From TPA_inf: Saccharomyces (lineage: Eukaryota): a stretch of DNA of 64,000 nucleotides. Under the pieces are notes generated by a model. It worked only from the letters and a program-made list of their open reading frames with translations, did no database searches and was not told the DNA's origin. The stretch spans positions 512,001 to 576,000 of the forward strand of contig BK006939.2 of NCBI GenBank assembly GCA_000146045.2, given 5' to 3'. The stretch's first letter is position 1; each line of letters starts with the position of its first letter. The position numbers were made by a program, and so were the translations under genes. Shown here piece by piece: positions 38,744-49,704 of the stretch.

Positions 38744-38753
38744 GGCGCAAAAT
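38744..38753 (+). promoter_or_regulatory. Middle sporulation element-like motif GGCGCAAAAT between ISC10 and SLO1.
   Basis: It fits the MSE core CRCAAAW recognised by Ndt80 and lies 5' of sporulation-specific ISC10. Confidence 0.3.
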
Positions 38754-38864
38754 ATAGAAACTCAGAAAAAGAGAAAACGAGTAGTGGAAAAATTTATCAG
38801 CCATTTATGCGACGCATCCGTTTGACTGATCTACCTATTTAAAACAGAAACCTACGTTGAAAAG

Positions 38865-39122
38865 TTATTTTTCCAACACATTACTGGATCTCATCAAATT
38901 GCCAATGTAATCTTCTAGATAATCATTTTCTTGCTTTAGTTGCTCACACACCTCTTGCTGCTCTAAGGTTTTATTCCACAACAAGTCTAATGTATCCTTC
39001 AGAAGTTTGGTTTGGCGCATCATCCTCTCATTTTTTGTTCCAGCTTCTCTTTCGCCAAGATTAACTTCAGAGGATGGCTGCTTGCCCGTCGGCGAGCCAG
39101 TACTAATGTTCTCCGCTGACAT
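38865..39122 (-). CDS. SLO1: Small coiled-coil protein, 85 aa.
   Basis: ATG at 39122; 85 aa with a heptad-rich C-terminal half (LLKDTLDLLWNKTLEQQEVCEQLKQENDYLEDYIGNLM). The size and position match YER180C-A. Confidence 0.55.
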   Translation of the reverse strand: MSAENISTGSPTGKQPSSEVNLGEREAGTKNERMMRQTKLLKDTLDLLWNKTLEQQEVCEQLKQENDYLEDYIGNLMRSSNVLEK

Positions 39123-39284
39123 TGTCCTATTTGTTTGTTTGCTATTATAATTTATCTAGTCAACAACTTCGCAGATCTACAAACTGGTCCTTAAGATGTT
39201 TTATTGAAGACATCATTTTTTATTTTTTTAAGCAGAACGTGCTGTGCTCTCCCTTTTGGGCCTTTTTACGATTTTCAAAAAAAT

Positions 39285-39358
39285 TGGTCTCTAGCGGGAT
39301 CGAACCGCTGATCCCCGCGTTATTAGCACGGTGCCTTAACCAACTGGGCCAAGAGACC
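39285..39358 (-). tRNA. tI(AAU): tRNA-Ile, anticodon AAU, 74 nt, no intron.
   Basis: The reverse complement reads GGTCTCTTGGCCCAGTTGGTTAAGGCACCGTGCTAATAACGCGGGGATCAGCGGTTCGATCCCGCTAGAGACCA. It forms a cloverleaf with a 7-bp acceptor stem, GTTCGATCC T-arm and AAT anticodon. Confidence 0.95.
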
Positions 39359-39434
39359 TGTAATCTGTGTTAAACCTGCATAAATTATGAAATCATAGCA
39401 ACGTTTCAAATACTTCAGATGCCCCCATCCCTTC

Positions 39435-39773
39435 GTGTAGATGATGAAATGAAACTCTAGAATATCATCCATTTAGTAGCATTCTTGCTGCTGGTATAGT
39501 ATCATATGAGATCTAGGAAGATGAAATGAAGCTTGAGAAAGAGTTAGCAAGTTTAATGGAAGCTGAAATGCAAGAATTGATAATGTAATGGGAAAATGAA
39601 GCATATAAAACGATAGGAAAAATAATCGTAATATTATTGTATGCAAATACCGATTAAATTTGAGGATCCCTATACCCTTGAGGAGAAGTTCTAGTATGTT
39701 CTGTATACATAGTATTGAAGCCTCTATCAACAATGGAATCCCGATAATTATCACAAAATTCACACAAACCTCA
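39435..39773 (+). mobile_element. Degenerate solo LTR of the Ty1/Ty2 (delta) type, about 80 bp upstream of the tRNA-Ile 5' end.
   Basis: Blocks such as GGAAGCTGAAATGCAAGAATTGATAATGTAATGGGA, TTGAGGATCCCTATACCCTTGAGGAGAAGTTCTAGTAT and AATGGAATCCCGATAATTATCACAAAATTCACACAAACCTCA resemble the remembered delta/tau LTR consensus. The 3' end is sharp at ...CCTCA (39773); the 5' end is eroded and approximate. The track ORF 39473..39796 (-) lies inside it. Confidence 0.65.
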
Positions 39774-40524
39774 GATAAACGTAACAGTATTAGCATACAT
39801 AATTATACCCAGGCTTCTCCCACAGTGCGCATGATTCGCTACGAAATCATCAATTTCACATAATATTGAGATTGCATTTGTTTTTGTTTCTTGCGTTGTC
39901 ACTTTTAATTCTGCTGTATTATCAACTCCTGCACTTAGCTTCTGCAAGATAAAATGACGACTTGAGCATCATTCTCAGATTCAGTTGAAAGTTGCTGACG
40001 ATTTTCAGGGGTCCCATTTCTAGTAAAACGACATTAGACATATACTAGAAGTTCTCCTCAAAAGATACAGGAATCAATAAAAGAGAATCGGCAATTCTAA
40101 ATAGCATATTATTATTACTTCTTTTGCTTTGTAAGTTGTAATTTACAATCCTATTACATTATCGTTTCTTGATTTCAACTTCCATTAGATTTGATTATGA
40201 CTGCCATCATTTTGGGTCACCGTACGTGAACATTGGTTTGCAACAGGAATAAAAGTCTTGAGATGTTGTACTCTGAGCAAATAAACAAAAGGAATTCTTT
40301 CTAATATTTCACAAAACTGATTTCCAAAAATGTCTCTAAGTACTCCATTAGCGACACATTTTACATTTCATTTATTTAACATAATACCTTATTTAAAGAT
40401 TGATTAATTTTCGATGAGGCATACCCCTTGGCAGAAAAGGAACAAACTCACAAAGTGCACAAAGAGTTTATAAAGAAACTAAGAAAAGTAAGGAAGAGAA
40501 AGAGACCGTACCAGCAAGGCCAAG

Positions 40525-41259
40525 ATGTTTAAAAGAATCGCAATAGCCCAGATAAGAACGTATACAAATGGCGTTGTTTTCAAGACAGCCTCTAAACCCA
40601 AAAGAAGATGGATTCCATGGACAATTTTTGGGGGAAGTTTTCTTGGAGGGTGGTACTTGACACAGCATATGACGTTCACGGACTTACTAGCTTATTGGAG
40701 ATATGATGCCCTACCCAAGAACGCAGATGAAGTCGTCAAATATCACGCTGATCTGAATAGACGTTTAAATGGCCTACCCATAGTAAAACAGTTGGAGAAT
40801 GCTGGTTTTGTACAAGTGATTGCTAATGAAGAGGAGAACTTGTTAGTGTCAAGGGCATTAAATACACCAGGTGGCGTCGCTATACCACCAAGAGTTTACT
40901 ACAACCCCAGTAGGCGTGAAACTGTCGGGCTATACCATTTAGGAATGAAACTTACTGGTTATCCTTTCTTAATTCACGGAGGCATTTTAGCAACAGTTAT
41001 TGAAGATTTAATGAAGGAGGCCATTAGACTCGAAAAAGGAACAAAAAATATAAACCAAGAAACCAAGAATTTGAGTATCTCGTACAAGTTCCCCACGTTA
41101 GCTAATCAATTTGTTGTAGTAAGAACCACCGATCTTCAGCAATACGGTAACAAAACTAAATTAAAGGCTGAACTTATGGACCAAAGTGGCAACAGGACAT
41201 TGGTCAAAGCTAATGCCACGTTTTCTAGCGAACAAGGGAATCCAAAAGAAGAAAAATAG
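40525..41259 (+). CDS. FMP10: Mitochondrial protein of unknown function, 244 aa.
   Basis: ATG-initiated 244-aa ORF with a basic N-terminus and one predicted transmembrane segment. The size and position match FMP10. Confidence 0.8.
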   Translation: MFKRIAIAQIRTYTNGVVFKTASKPKRRWIPWTIFGGSFLGGWYLTQHMTFTDLLAYWRYDALPKNADEVVKYHADLNRRLNGLPIVKQLENAGFVQVIANEEENLLVSRALNTPGGVAIPPRVYYNPSRRETVGLYHLGMKLTGYPFLIHGGILATVIEDLMKEAIRLEKGTKNINQETKNLSISYKFPTLANQFVVVRTTDLQQYGNKTKLKAELMDQSGNRTLVKANATFSSEQGNPKEEK

Positions 41260-41333
41260 ATTTGCCGTCTACTTATTTATTTATTTATTTATTTATACAA
41301 TAGCTGTACCATGTAAATAATACATATATGAAA

Positions 41334-41969
41334 TTATTGAAACCAATGTATGGATCCATCTCCGCATACTATACAATCCATGGAATAATCATGTTTTTCT
41401 AAAGGAATTGGAGAGGCCACCTGTTCCATAAGACATAGTCCAACTAGGAGGGGCTTTTGGCCTTCATGCAGTATCTTATACCGTTGGAAAAAATCGTCAT
41501 AATACCCAGCACCGTGACCCATCCTTGCACCAGTTTTAATATCAAACGCCACTCCAGGCACCAATACGACATCTAGAATATCTGATTCCTCAATATGCGG
41601 TTCAGGCTCTTTTAGTTGATATGGACCTTGAGGCTTCAAATCACGAACCATTTTCAAACTACTCATTCGATGGAATATTAAATGTGGATGATGATCTTCC
41701 CGTAATTTGAAGTGTTTCGATTCAGAAGTATGAGTACATCTTGGCAGAAAGACCTCCTGGCCATCTTGAAATAAATTCTTAATGATTTCTCCAGTCGTTA
41801 CTTCTCCTTTATCCATGCTCATATAACACGCTACACGCCTAGAATTGGCGGAAGCGATCAATGAGCGTACTGCTTGAGAAATAGTATGCGACTCTGCAGC
41901 GATAATATCGTAGTCAAGAGCATTTATTACCCTTTTGATTTGACGTCTCAGTAATTGCTTAGTGGCCAT
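41334..41969 (-). CDS. FAU1: 5-formyltetrahydrofolate cyclo-ligase, 211 aa.
   Basis: 211-aa ORF with the 5-FTHF cyclo-ligase fold signature. The size and position fit FAU1. Confidence 0.88.
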   Translation of the reverse strand: MATKQLLRRQIKRVINALDYDIIAAESHTISQAVRSLIASANSRRVACYMSMDKGEVTTGEIIKNLFQDGQEVFLPRCTHTSESKHFKLREDHHPHLIFHRMSSLKMVRDLKPQGPYQLKEPEPHIEESDILDVVLVPGVAFDIKTGARMGHGAGYYDDFFQRYKILHEGQKPLLVGLCLMEQVASPIPLEKHDYSMDCIVCGDGSIHWFQ

Positions 41970-44295
41970 TAATTTTTTGTAGCTATATAAAGATAGCGTA
42001 GCTGACAGTAATTTTTATTTTTGCCATTTCAATGATTAAATATTATTCGGAAGAAATCTGAGAAAATTATATATATCCTTCAAGAGAATGAAGCTGCTAA
42101 CTGATTAATAAAAACAGCTTTAATCACAAATCTCTCACGACATGAAATAAAACACCCTTGCAAACAGATGTGGAAGACTGATTGCCACAAAGCTTCGGGC
42201 TCGCAAGCAGAATGGTTTTCAGGAAGTGACTTACTAAGCTCGAATATTGTCCTAGATAGCAAACAGGCCTTTGATGGAATCAGTTTGTCTCCTGAAGGTT
42301 TTTTTGAAATAAAATGATAAATGAGAATAGCAGACCAGTTCTACGGGTAGGATTGAGATATAAAACGAGAAAGGCACTCTCTCACTGAAAAGTAATGAAA
42401 AATTATCAGAACTCCAATCTGCTGTCTTTACATCCTCGAGAATATCGCTAAGCTATCGATACTACGAATGATCCAGATACGACAGTCTTCGCTGGCGATC
42501 TTTTTGGACTAAATTTGCTCACTGATACACTAAAAAGCCTACGCAACTACACAAAGGTAAGAAACCACAATCGCTACCCATTAATCCTTATTGGCATTGT
42601 AGCCCCATATAATAGAAGTGAAAGAGTAACATTGCGCCATTTTTCGCTACTAAATAACCTCAAGAAATGTGTCCAGCTTATGGTTCCCATAGAGCGAGAA
42701 TATATGACTTAAAGCATATCCCTGAGTGGGTTGCACTGGTACACACTCTGTGATGGTGGAGCACATTAATTAAAACTCAAAAAAATTATCACGATATGGA
42801 CAAAAATCTAAATGGGCAAGTATCTCTCACAAAAAGACCTCACGTATTTTATGAAATTACAAATTGACGTATTTCAACCTTGTTTACTCTAAAGTTCCCC
42901 CATATAGCATAGGGGTGCTTTGGGTTTATTTAATCGTCAAATATAGTCCGATTTGTCTCATTATTCTTGTGTCGGAAAAAAATTTATTGAAGCGACTACT
43001 ACCTAGATATTCTGCAATTTTTCCTATAATATAATATGCCTCACCCCAATCAGTCCCTCTTTATGACAAGAAATAAGACTACAGTGTTACATCAGATACT
43101 CCACATTCCCCCTATCGAAACCCAACAAGAGCGCTATCTCTTATACAACATTTCACAAAAAACATGTGATATGCTTTCAATTGATCCTATCAATATCAAA
43201 ATTATCATTCTCACTGCATTATCCTTCATTTTCGTTAGTGCGCATCCTCCATTTTGGGACGTGTCTACCAAATAAAGAATGATGCGAGATACAAAGTAGG
43301 TGATAACATCAGAACCCGGTGTTAGAATGCAAGGTATAATCAGCAAAAAAAAAAAAAATGTGTAAAAAAAAAAGGTCGGTTACCAGCTTTACTAAATGTT
43401 TTCTATTGAATAAAATCATAGAATTCCATAAGTGACTGTGACATTTTCCACCCAGTTGATACAGTTCAATGAATTCTCACTGCAGCTATATTTTGGATGC
43501 TTCTCCACTTTGTAATATACATTGTGATGTTTCTTTGATGAAAGATATAAAATATTAAAAAAAGTTGATTCTTACATCTCATCTTTGTCATAAAAATCCT
43601 CTGGAATGGCACCTTAGAATTTCTAGGCACAGGAAACTATTCGATTTTTCTAATATATGAATCTAAGTCAAATTCAATATCTATGTTATTTCAGAAAGTG
43701 GAGTAGGTGTGCTTTTAAGAGAACGGATTTATGACGGAAAACTAGGTTAAATAGACGAAGAAAAGCTGAAGTAATTATCGTTTTGCTGAAACTTTCAGGA
43801 TAATCCCTATCATAATATATTCCTATCAAGCGATGAGCAACGGAAAGCTGTGAATTGTGAATGTAACAACAAGACTATGTGAAGCAATTTTTAAGAGTTA
43901 TTTCATTTAGCAATCTTTTGAGACCCGAAATACTCAAAGAACGATAAAATCGTGGGACGAATAATTAGACTAGCAACAATAAAAGGAGTAAATACAACTA
44001 GATTTGTGAGTGTGTGTAATTGCGTGTAGCTTGAAAGACTTACCACAGTGGTATCAACACCATACTCGAATCGTTCTAGATCTTGCATAAAAAAAGGACA
44101 TTTACTTTTACTTACTAGTTATGAGCCACCTTTGATTTCATGGTACAGCCCATAACCTTCCTGAAAGCGGTGCATAACGTAAGGGACTAGATTAGAATCA
44201 CAAAACCTTTTATTGCATTCTACAGTATTCGTCTAAATCAAGGGATTTTATTTCCTAATTGAAAGTGATCAATTGTTTAGGTGCATACTTGGTTT

Positions 44296-46680
44296 TTACT
44301 CTCCGAGGTTTTCTTTAGTAATACCAAATTCAGTGTCCTCCCAAAATAGATTGAGAAGGTCTGGTAGAGATTCTGCAGTCACAAAATTTTCGAGGCTACA
44401 AAAGTCCATGCCAACTGAAACACTGGTGCTGCTGGGTGACAACTTCTCATAACAAGCACCTTCTTGATTTTTTCCCTGTACGCCAATAACTCTATTATTC
44501 ACCAAATCACCCATTTCCCTATCAAGAATGCTGAGAATTTCTTTACGGAAGCTTGATTCTTTGTGTTCGCCTATAATATTCCTGTACCAGATACATTCAA
44601 TGTCCAACGCAGCTTGACCAGCATCTGAGCAAGCCTGGCCATATTTTTTCAATTCACAAAACAGCGATTCCTTAGCCATTTTCTGTGAACGTGTGTACAT
44701 CTGACAGCAGATGCGTGTTAGGATGAAAGAAACCGCTGTTCCATTTTCCAACTTTTTAGAGAAGGCGTTGTTGCCCTTGAAATTAACATTGCCAGAGCTC
44801 ACAAATAAGTCATTATATGAGGCTATCATGCGGCACATCAAGGATAAATAACATATCGAGTTCCTTCTAGGGGTCTCGATAAAATTCAAGGTAATATTCA
44901 TCAAGATGGCATATATGAACCACGAACAACGGAAAATATAGAACGTATCTTCGTGCTTGAGAACATCCGTCAAAATATCTACAGATGCTTCAAAGGTTTG
45001 AAGCCTGATGTCCTTTACGCAGGAATCAAGTTCAATTCTCTCTCTTTCTTGTAGAAGATTTTGTATCCTTAAAATTAAACTCTCCATTCCCTGAAAACAA
45101 CAAACCTTTGCAAATCCGAAATGGGTGTATAGTTCAAATACATTACTATTTTCAGAATATTGTTTGAGGAAAGGGATTAGTTTGTCTTGTATGCACTGAA
45201 AAATTTTACATATTTTTGAAAACTCTACCATAAGCTGTCGTGCGGTTCCATTTAGGTCTTTAGCGTTAGGAGTTGCAAATAATCTGTAGTCTGTAAAGTG
45301 TCGATTATAAAGCAAACCAGAGAATACCGCTGTAATAATTTTCGTTAATAGAATATAGCCGAAAGAGATACAAATATCAAACTTACTTGGGTCGAGCTCC
45401 ACCAAGTTTATTAAAGTAAAACAGTCCATCGAATCATCTACCCCTAATCCAACCACATCCTTGGGAAAGAGACACGAAGTCATTTCATGTGGTATCAATG
45501 GCTGCTTACCGGTGACCAATGAATACCATCTATCCCACCAGTAGCAGTCCCACCATAACTTACGATATTCTTCGGCAGTGTCCTCATCCTGACCAATATA
45601 ATATTCCCAACGATTCAAACCAGCATCCAAACTTCGCCTGGACATCGTGGAAATAATTCTTCCCAGCACAAAAGGATCGTCTATCCAATATCTGTGTTTC
45701 ATCAACGAGACTAAGCCCTTTAAAATAGTCAAGTCGTACATTGTCGAAAATAGGGATCTTTCAAAATATTCAAGACAGAGACAAAAAATCAACTCATCTT
45801 GCTCAAGAAAATATTTCAAAGGAAGTAATTTTTTGGAACTTTTACGATCCAACGCCTTGTGGTGCTGTTCCATCAATTGTACTCCGTACATAAACCAGTC
45901 TGTTGGTTTATTGAATTTGATTGTTTGGTTAATGTTTGTATTTCCTTTGATTTCATTCGATATATTTGACATAATGTGTTGAATAAGTACGTCGTTCCCA
46001 CATGAAAGTCCGTTTAGCTTTGAATAATACTCTAAAGGAGATATCGAAGTTACTTTAGGACCAGCATGGCTAGCAGAGCTAGCGTCAAGAAACTTCAAAA
46101 ATAAATAGATAGTTTCTCTCGTCTCCCTATCATTCGAACATGAAATCAATTTTTTAGTTATCCAGCTAATACCCGTAGAGGCAAAATATAGCAACGGTGA
46201 ATAGACCCCAAAGTACATACTGACATTTTGTGCAGTATTGCTTTCAAAAGCGTTGGAGAACCTATTCAAAGATTTTGACTGTTTCCCGATAATTTCTGTT
46301 TCTATCGATTTCAGGCCACCATACGAGCTAATTTCCTTACTGTCCAGATTGAGGTAAAGCTGAGGTTGTATTTTTTCAAGCTCAGTGCAAATGTTTGCTA
46401 GGCCTTTCTGTAAAGAGGCCGGTGCGCTTGGAGGTAACTGTGCCTTCAATTTTGCTATGCTGCACTTAGCATTATCCAAATCATTACTGAGACTACCAGT
46501 ATAATTGAAAAAAGCCTCAATCGGTTCACGAAATTGATTTCTATACGTACATTTTGATTGAGACCCAATACACCCAAAACATGGCTTCTTACTGTTGCAC
46601 TTAATCTTTTTCCTATGGCATCTATCACAGGCCTTGGTTACCCTAGATTTTTGTTTGGCTAATCCTCTTTTTGCTGCCAT
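44296..46680 (-). CDS. TOG1: Zn2Cys6 binuclear-cluster transcription factor, 794 aa.
   Basis: The N-terminal Zn2Cys6 cluster reads CDRCHRKKIKCNSKKPCFGCIGSQSKC. A fungal transcription-factor middle-homology region follows. The size and position fit TOG1. Confidence 0.87.
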   Translation of the reverse strand: MAAKRGLAKQKSRVTKACDRCHRKKIKCNSKKPCFGCIGSQSKCTYRNQFREPIEAFFNYTGSLSNDLDNAKCSIAKLKAQLPPSAPASLQKGLANICTELEKIQPQLYLNLDSKEISSYGGLKSIETEIIGKQSKSLNRFSNAFESNTAQNVSMYFGVYSPLLYFASTGISWITKKLISCSNDRETRETIYLFLKFLDASSASHAGPKVTSISPLEYYSKLNGLSCGNDVLIQHIMSNISNEIKGNTNINQTIKFNKPTDWFMYGVQLMEQHHKALDRKSSKKLLPLKYFLEQDELIFCLCLEYFERSLFSTMYDLTILKGLVSLMKHRYWIDDPFVLGRIISTMSRRSLDAGLNRWEYYIGQDEDTAEEYRKLWWDCYWWDRWYSLVTGKQPLIPHEMTSCLFPKDVVGLGVDDSMDCFTLINLVELDPSKFDICISFGYILLTKIITAVFSGLLYNRHFTDYRLFATPNAKDLNGTARQLMVEFSKICKIFQCIQDKLIPFLKQYSENSNVFELYTHFGFAKVCCFQGMESLILRIQNLLQERERIELDSCVKDIRLQTFEASVDILTDVLKHEDTFYIFRCSWFIYAILMNITLNFIETPRRNSICYLSLMCRMIASYNDLFVSSGNVNFKGNNAFSKKLENGTAVSFILTRICCQMYTRSQKMAKESLFCELKKYGQACSDAGQAALDIECIWYRNIIGEHKESSFRKEILSILDREMGDLVNNRVIGVQGKNQEGACYEKLSPSSTSVSVGMDFCSLENFVTAESLPDLLNLFWEDTEFGITKENLGE

Positions 46681-47453
46681 CTCAATAAAATATAAAAAGC
46701 TAAAAAGCTTAAAATTTAAACAACAATAATGTCGTTAACCTAATGCGCTTATTCGATGAGATTTGGATTTGCTTCTAGCTTATAGAAAGGAAGAAAGTTT
46801 TTACTGTTCAAAGCACACATCAAAAAAATTATTACCCAGCCTTTCAAACAAACAAAGTACTCCAAAATAGTTATTTTTGAATACTAGCAAACCAACCAAT
46901 CACTTTTTTTGTTGGATTATCAAATAAGCCTAATCAGGTCTTTCATGCAGCGTTGAATCCAGGTTACTTCACCGCACCTTAAGTTAAGATCAGGACAGTA
47001 TCGGCTGTTCCTGAGAAACCAGCCATATTCAAGTTTCGGTATCCTAACCGTTGATATTGTCCTTATTTGTCGACCTTCAAATATTGTGGCTGCCATGTAT
47101 ATGAGCGCCTCGATCTATTATGACTAAGCCATGCGATTGTCGTGTAATGGTATCGCGCATACTGAAGGTTTCAGCCCTGTTTTGATGTGCCGCGGCAAAG
47201 TGGTTTTTCTCCATACAGGATGAAGTGTTTCTTTCCCCATGCCGCGGCAAGCTCATCCTAAATAAATCTCAACTTTTCAACTAAATGTACTTCAATTGAA
47301 CAAATGCCAAGACCTCAAATGAATCAGTATAAAAGCACCTACCGAATCAATTGTGGGATGTATAGTCTCTTGCCTCAAAATGTCCAGGATAGTAGGTTAA
47401 TAGTGTCCAATTACATAGCTACTTAATCTTTTATTGTCCATCAACGTTCCAAA

Positions 47454-48365
47454 ATGTCCACAACTGATTCGGGGTTCGTACTTTACCACTATACGCCAAG
47501 TAAAGCGGCTGCAATCGTATTTGTCGTACTCTTCATTATAATGACAGTCATTTTTGCCGTTCAAACTTTATATGCTGCGAGAAAATCTTCTAAGGCATTG
47601 AAAAATAATCCATTTGAGTCATCTGATGATAAGGTCGATAGTCTTGAGGATGCTGAATACAAGCAACTAAAAATCACACCCACAGTTTTTGCGTTTATAC
47701 CTTTCTTCACTGGCTGCATCATGGAAGCTGTCGGGTATATCGGGAGGGCTCTATCCAGTTCCAATCCTGAAAGAACGACCCCATATATTATCCAATCTGT
47801 TCTTTTATTAGTCGCTCCAGCACTAATAGCTGCGACGATTTATATGATTTTTGGAAGGTTATTACATGTTATGAGGTGCCAATCTTTAATTTTGATTTCT
47901 GCACGCTTTGGTACGACTTTCTTTGTTGTGGGAGATGTGTTTAGTTTCTTTTTACAAGCTGCAGGTGGCGGACTAATGTCTAAGGCAGGATCAACGAAGA
48001 CTGGTTCAGGACTCATAACTGCGGGTCTTTTTGTACAGGTAATTTTTTTTGGATTTTTCATTATCAATGAGATAAGATTCACAGTAAATGTTAAAAGGAG
48101 ATGCTTATTTTACGAAGATATTTCCAGAAAGTGGATCTTTGTGAATGCTACCCTATTATTAAGCAGTATGTTGATCCTACTACGTTCAATTGTCCGAATA
48201 GTTGAATTTATTCAGGGATTCAATGGCTATATAATCTCTCATGAGTATTTCATATATGTCTTCGATGCTGTACCTATGTTATTGGTAATAATAGCATTTA
48301 GTGTGGGATCCTTTTTCGGCAACGTATTCGATGTTATAAAGGAGTGTCAAACGTTAAGTAATTAG
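47454..48365 (+). CDS. PUG1: RTA1-like seven-transmembrane plasma-membrane protein, 303 aa.
   Basis: Seven hydrophobic segments with RTA1/RSB1 family topology. The size and position fit PUG1. Confidence 0.85.
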   Translation: MSTTDSGFVLYHYTPSKAAAIVFVVLFIIMTVIFAVQTLYAARKSSKALKNNPFESSDDKVDSLEDAEYKQLKITPTVFAFIPFFTGCIMEAVGYIGRALSSSNPERTTPYIIQSVLLLVAPALIAATIYMIFGRLLHVMRCQSLILISARFGTTFFVVGDVFSFFLQAAGGGLMSKAGSTKTGSGLITAGLFVQVIFFGFFIINEIRFTVNVKRRCLFYEDISRKWIFVNATLLLSSMLILLRSIVRIVEFIQGFNGYIISHEYFIYVFDAVPMLLVIIAFSVGSFFGNVFDVIKECQTLSN

Positions 48366-49704
48366 ATAATATATATCAAATTTTGATTTCTATGTAGTGC
48401 AGCCAATCAATTTTAACTTCATTTAGAATAAAAATCTTTCCTCTTCTGCTTTGAAGCCATTAAAACGAAAGATCTAGGCGGTACTATTTCTCCATTCTCA
48501 GCCGTACAATCATGCACCGAAAAGGAAGGCAATGTATTGAATTTTTCGCCGAGAACAAAATATTTGTAAACACTCGTTAGATTCCGCATTGTTAAGTGGC
48601 ATCACAAACACAATCAAGATTAAGAGAAAAGTAGCTCGTTGAGAAAGATTCTTGTACATATCGGGATACTTCTGAAGTCTAATAAAACATTCAAATAAAG
48701 ACAGACTGGATAAAAGATTCCTGAACGTCAAAACTTATATCTTCTTGTCCCTTGGAATGTCTCTCTGCTCTTATATTGTTGCTGTTGAGTGGTCTCATGA
48801 CAATAAAGTATGTCACTGAATTGAAGACTACTGAACCATGGCAGCTAATACAATCACGCCCATCCAGAAAAGTGTCGTGTGGCGAAAATTTTTGTTCACG
48901 TTGAACAGAGGGTACTGATTTCAAAGTGCTCTTAAGTCGTAATGACGGCCCTAATAATGATTTCCAGACCCTTTGGAAGGAGTTTCTTCTTTAAGTACTG
49001 CCCTCCCTGATCTATATTTGTAGGAAATTTTTAAAGTACCTAGCCTTTTTCTCAGTCACGGCTGTAGAGTGTACACAGAGCCTTTGAAGTTTGGTGCTTT
49101 ACGAAATTAAAGCAGTCACCTATGTCATTTAGCTACAAAAAACTCGTCTAGAAGAACAGCACATCGGCCTCCTATATCGGTACTCATCACAGAATCAATG
49201 TATAGTATGTGTCAAGGAGAATGTATTAACGCCAAATTAAAGGCACACTAACATGTAATGAAGCTGGTGTTATATATTTTTTTTCAATTGACGTGAAACT
49301 CAGTGTCTTAGAATTATTTTTTAGTTCAAAGAGTACGGCTATTGAAGTGAGCCACAATGTCATTTAGCTTTATAAACACAAGAGTAAAAGTGCGCTTGTC
49401 TTCGCCTCAATGAATTAATGGAGCAGAAAATTTCTTAACGGTCAGCAATACTTGAAAATAATTTTAGCAGTTCAAACTTTCGTTGTTATCTTGATACTGA
49501 ACTCTCCTTAGTATTCATATAAATGATTCTATTTAATAGTCCCCTCCGCAGGGTAATTTTAAGGCCTTCTTTTATTTCCAAAGGAATTAGTATATAGCAT
49601 ATAATATAATTTATCACCAAATCAACAGAAAATATCATAATAGCATTAACCCGCAAGAATTTCTTTAAATGAACACAGTTTTCTGCAGTGTTAAATAGAA
49701 ATTT

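Noticed and set aside
39473-39796. 107-aa minus-strand ORF (corresponds to the dubious YER181C).
   Set aside because: It lies within the Ty1-type solo LTR, is Leu/Ile-rich and has no recognisable domain. Most likely not a gene.
41271-41297. (ATTT)6 microsatellite between FMP10 and FAU1.
   Set aside because: It is an ordinary 3' UTR or terminator simple repeat with no further structure.
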